Assembly: GCA_964291395.2 (NCBI GenBank)
Contig: OZ219856.1
Coordinates: 1,760,001-1,824,000, forward strand
DNA from: Alphaproteobacteria bacterium
GTDB taxonomy: Bacteria > Pseudomonadota > Alphaproteobacteria > UBA2966
Direction: 5' to 3'
Length of the DNA stretch: 64,000 nt
Shown here piece by piece: positions 62,570 through 64,000 of this stretch (its first letter is position 1; the number at the start of each line of letters is the position of its first letter). The notes under the pieces are model-generated. The model searched no databases. It was not told the origin of the DNA and saw only the letters and a program-made list of their open reading frames with translations. The position numbers and the translations under genes were made by a program.

Positions 62570-63943
62570 TCATGATGGTGATATCCCAGACCTACGAGGG
62601 CCTTCCGACTCCTCCGCGACGACCCGTCTGGCCTTGAGCGCAGCCCGGGGAAAGCTACCTGAGGCGACGACCTGCACCGGAATGCGGACGCCCGTGACGG
62701 CCTTCACTTTCTCCTCCGCGGCTCTCCGTAGCCCCGCCGTTCTATCGTCCGAGCCCGTTTCGGCGAGATCGGCATCGCGTTCCACTTCGATGCGCACATC
62801 GTCGAATGGTCCGTTCTTTCGGGTGTAGACGCGGAATTCGGTTCCGGTACCGGGAGTGTCCCGAAGGGCCTGTTCGATGGCAGAGGGATATAGATTGACG
62901 CCACGAACGATGAGCATGTCGTCGAGGCGGCCAAGGACCCCTTGCGGCAACCGCGGATAGGTCCGCCCACAGGAGCAAGGATCGTCGGTCATGATCGTTT
63001 CGTCGCCTGGCCAATAACGGATCATCGGCTGGGACTCCCGCCATAGGCTCGTGTAGACGATGGCGCCCCGCTCACCCATGGGAACGAGCGCATGGGGGTC
63101 GTCCTTCGCCACGACTTCCGTGTATACGACGTCCGAATAAACGTGCATGCCCCGCCGGGCTTCGCATTCCATGTTGGAAGGCGGGTGCACCTCGGCACTG
63201 TTGCCGAAGTCGATCGCGTTCATGCCCCAACCGTCCTCGAGACGTCGCTTGATCTCGGGCAGTCCGGCACCCGGTTCTCCGCCAAAGATACCAATGCGAA
63301 ACGGCGAAGACGGCGTGTCGCGGCCCGCCTGTCGGGCCGCTTCCAGAAGATGCAAGCAATAGGAGGGTGTCGCGCATATGACCGACGACTCCAGATGATA
63401 CATGAGGTCGACGTGGCGCCGCGTTTCCCCTCCTCCGATAGGAAGGATGGTTGCCCCAAGTCGTTGCGCGCCGCCGAGCAGCCCCCATCCGCCGACAAAC
63501 AGGCTCATGGGAAACGCCAGTTGGACGATATCGTCGGGACGCACGCCGGCGCCCCACAACAGCATCGCCGCTACGTCGGAGCACATGTCCCAGTCCTTGC
63601 GGGAAAATCCGAAGACCGTGGGCAATCCCGTGGTTCCCGATGTCCCCTGGACGTGAAATATGTCGGCCGGGTCGATGCCGAGGAAATCGCCGAAAGGAGG
63701 ATGTCGGGCCTGGGACTCTCGTAGCATCTCCTTAGTGACGATGGGGATCTTCTCAGTGAAGTCTTCCAGATGACGAATGTCGTCGGGCTTGACGCCGTGC
63801 CGATCATAGAGTTCCCGGTAAAAGGGAATCCCTGGATAGACGTACTCAAGCTGATGTTTCAGCTTCTCGAAGATGAACCGCCGCCGCTTACCGGACGGCA
63901 TGGTCTCGCGCTCTTCGTTCCAATAGCGCTTGAATTCGGACAT
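62570..63943 (-). CDS. Phenylacetate--CoA ligase family protein
   Basis: TSGTTGLP, ATPSY, GGEPG, PMIRY..GD, GRLDDMLIVRGVNLYPSAIE. Confidence 0.9.
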   Translation of the reverse strand: MSEFKRYWNEERETMPSGKRRRFIFEKLKHQLEYVYPGIPFYRELYDRHGVKPDDIRHLEDFTEKIPIVTKEMLRESQARHPPFGDFLGIDPADIFHVQGTSGTTGLPTVFGFSRKDWDMCSDVAAMLLWGAGVRPDDIVQLAFPMSLFVGGWGLLGGAQRLGATILPIGGGETRRHVDLMYHLESSVICATPSYCLHLLEAARQAGRDTPSSPFRIGIFGGEPGAGLPEIKRRLEDGWGMNAIDFGNSAEVHPPSNMECEARRGMHVYSDVVYTEVVAKDDPHALVPMGERGAIVYTSLWRESQPMIRYWPGDETIMTDDPCSCGRTYPRLPQGVLGRLDDMLIVRGVNLYPSAIEQALRDTPGTGTEFRVYTRKNGPFDDVRIEVERDADLAETGSDDRTAGLRRAAEEKVKAVTGVRIPVQVVASGSFPRAALKARRVVAEESEGPRRSGISPS

Positions 63944-64000
63944 CTCGTAGAGCCATGCCGGGATCTATCGCGTGCAGGGCGAGAACCACGCCAAGTCCTC

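Overview
GC-rich chromosomal segment of an alphaproteobacterium (Rhodospirillales-like by gene content and order; no finer assignment is possible from sequence alone). About 1.3-37 kb is conserved core: tatCBA, an orphan Fe3+/polyamine-type ABC ATPase, scpBA, M50 protease, nagZ, SPOR protein, argS, dgt, erpA, xth, ilvD, lpxB, valS, popZ, tolC, pcm and tRNA-Cys, with accessory catabolic genes in between. An 889-aa GcvT-SHMT fusion sits after xth. Between tRNA-Cys and tRNA-Asn lie DUF898/M48 and a TauE/flavoprotein/SDR/crotonase/CoA-transferase cluster. After tRNA-Asn comes an island-like region with an irr-katG pair carrying ICE-like boxes, a dihydropyrimidinase, MsmA/MsmB-like Rieske oxygenase subunits without reductase, further Rieske, decarboxylase and ligase genes, and a decayed dehydrogenase gene interrupted by an IS630 element. 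The most unusual observations are the GcvT-SHMT fusion, a repeat-spacer-repeat insertion in the IS630 transposase whose insert encodes an IS66 transposase motif, short-spacer MsmAB-like genes, a probable CTG start for popZ, a hairpin-rich leader under a Fur-like box, and a C-terminal AAE on four unrelated proteins. No CRISPR array, rRNA or prophage was seen. All family assignments come from motif recognition, not database searches.
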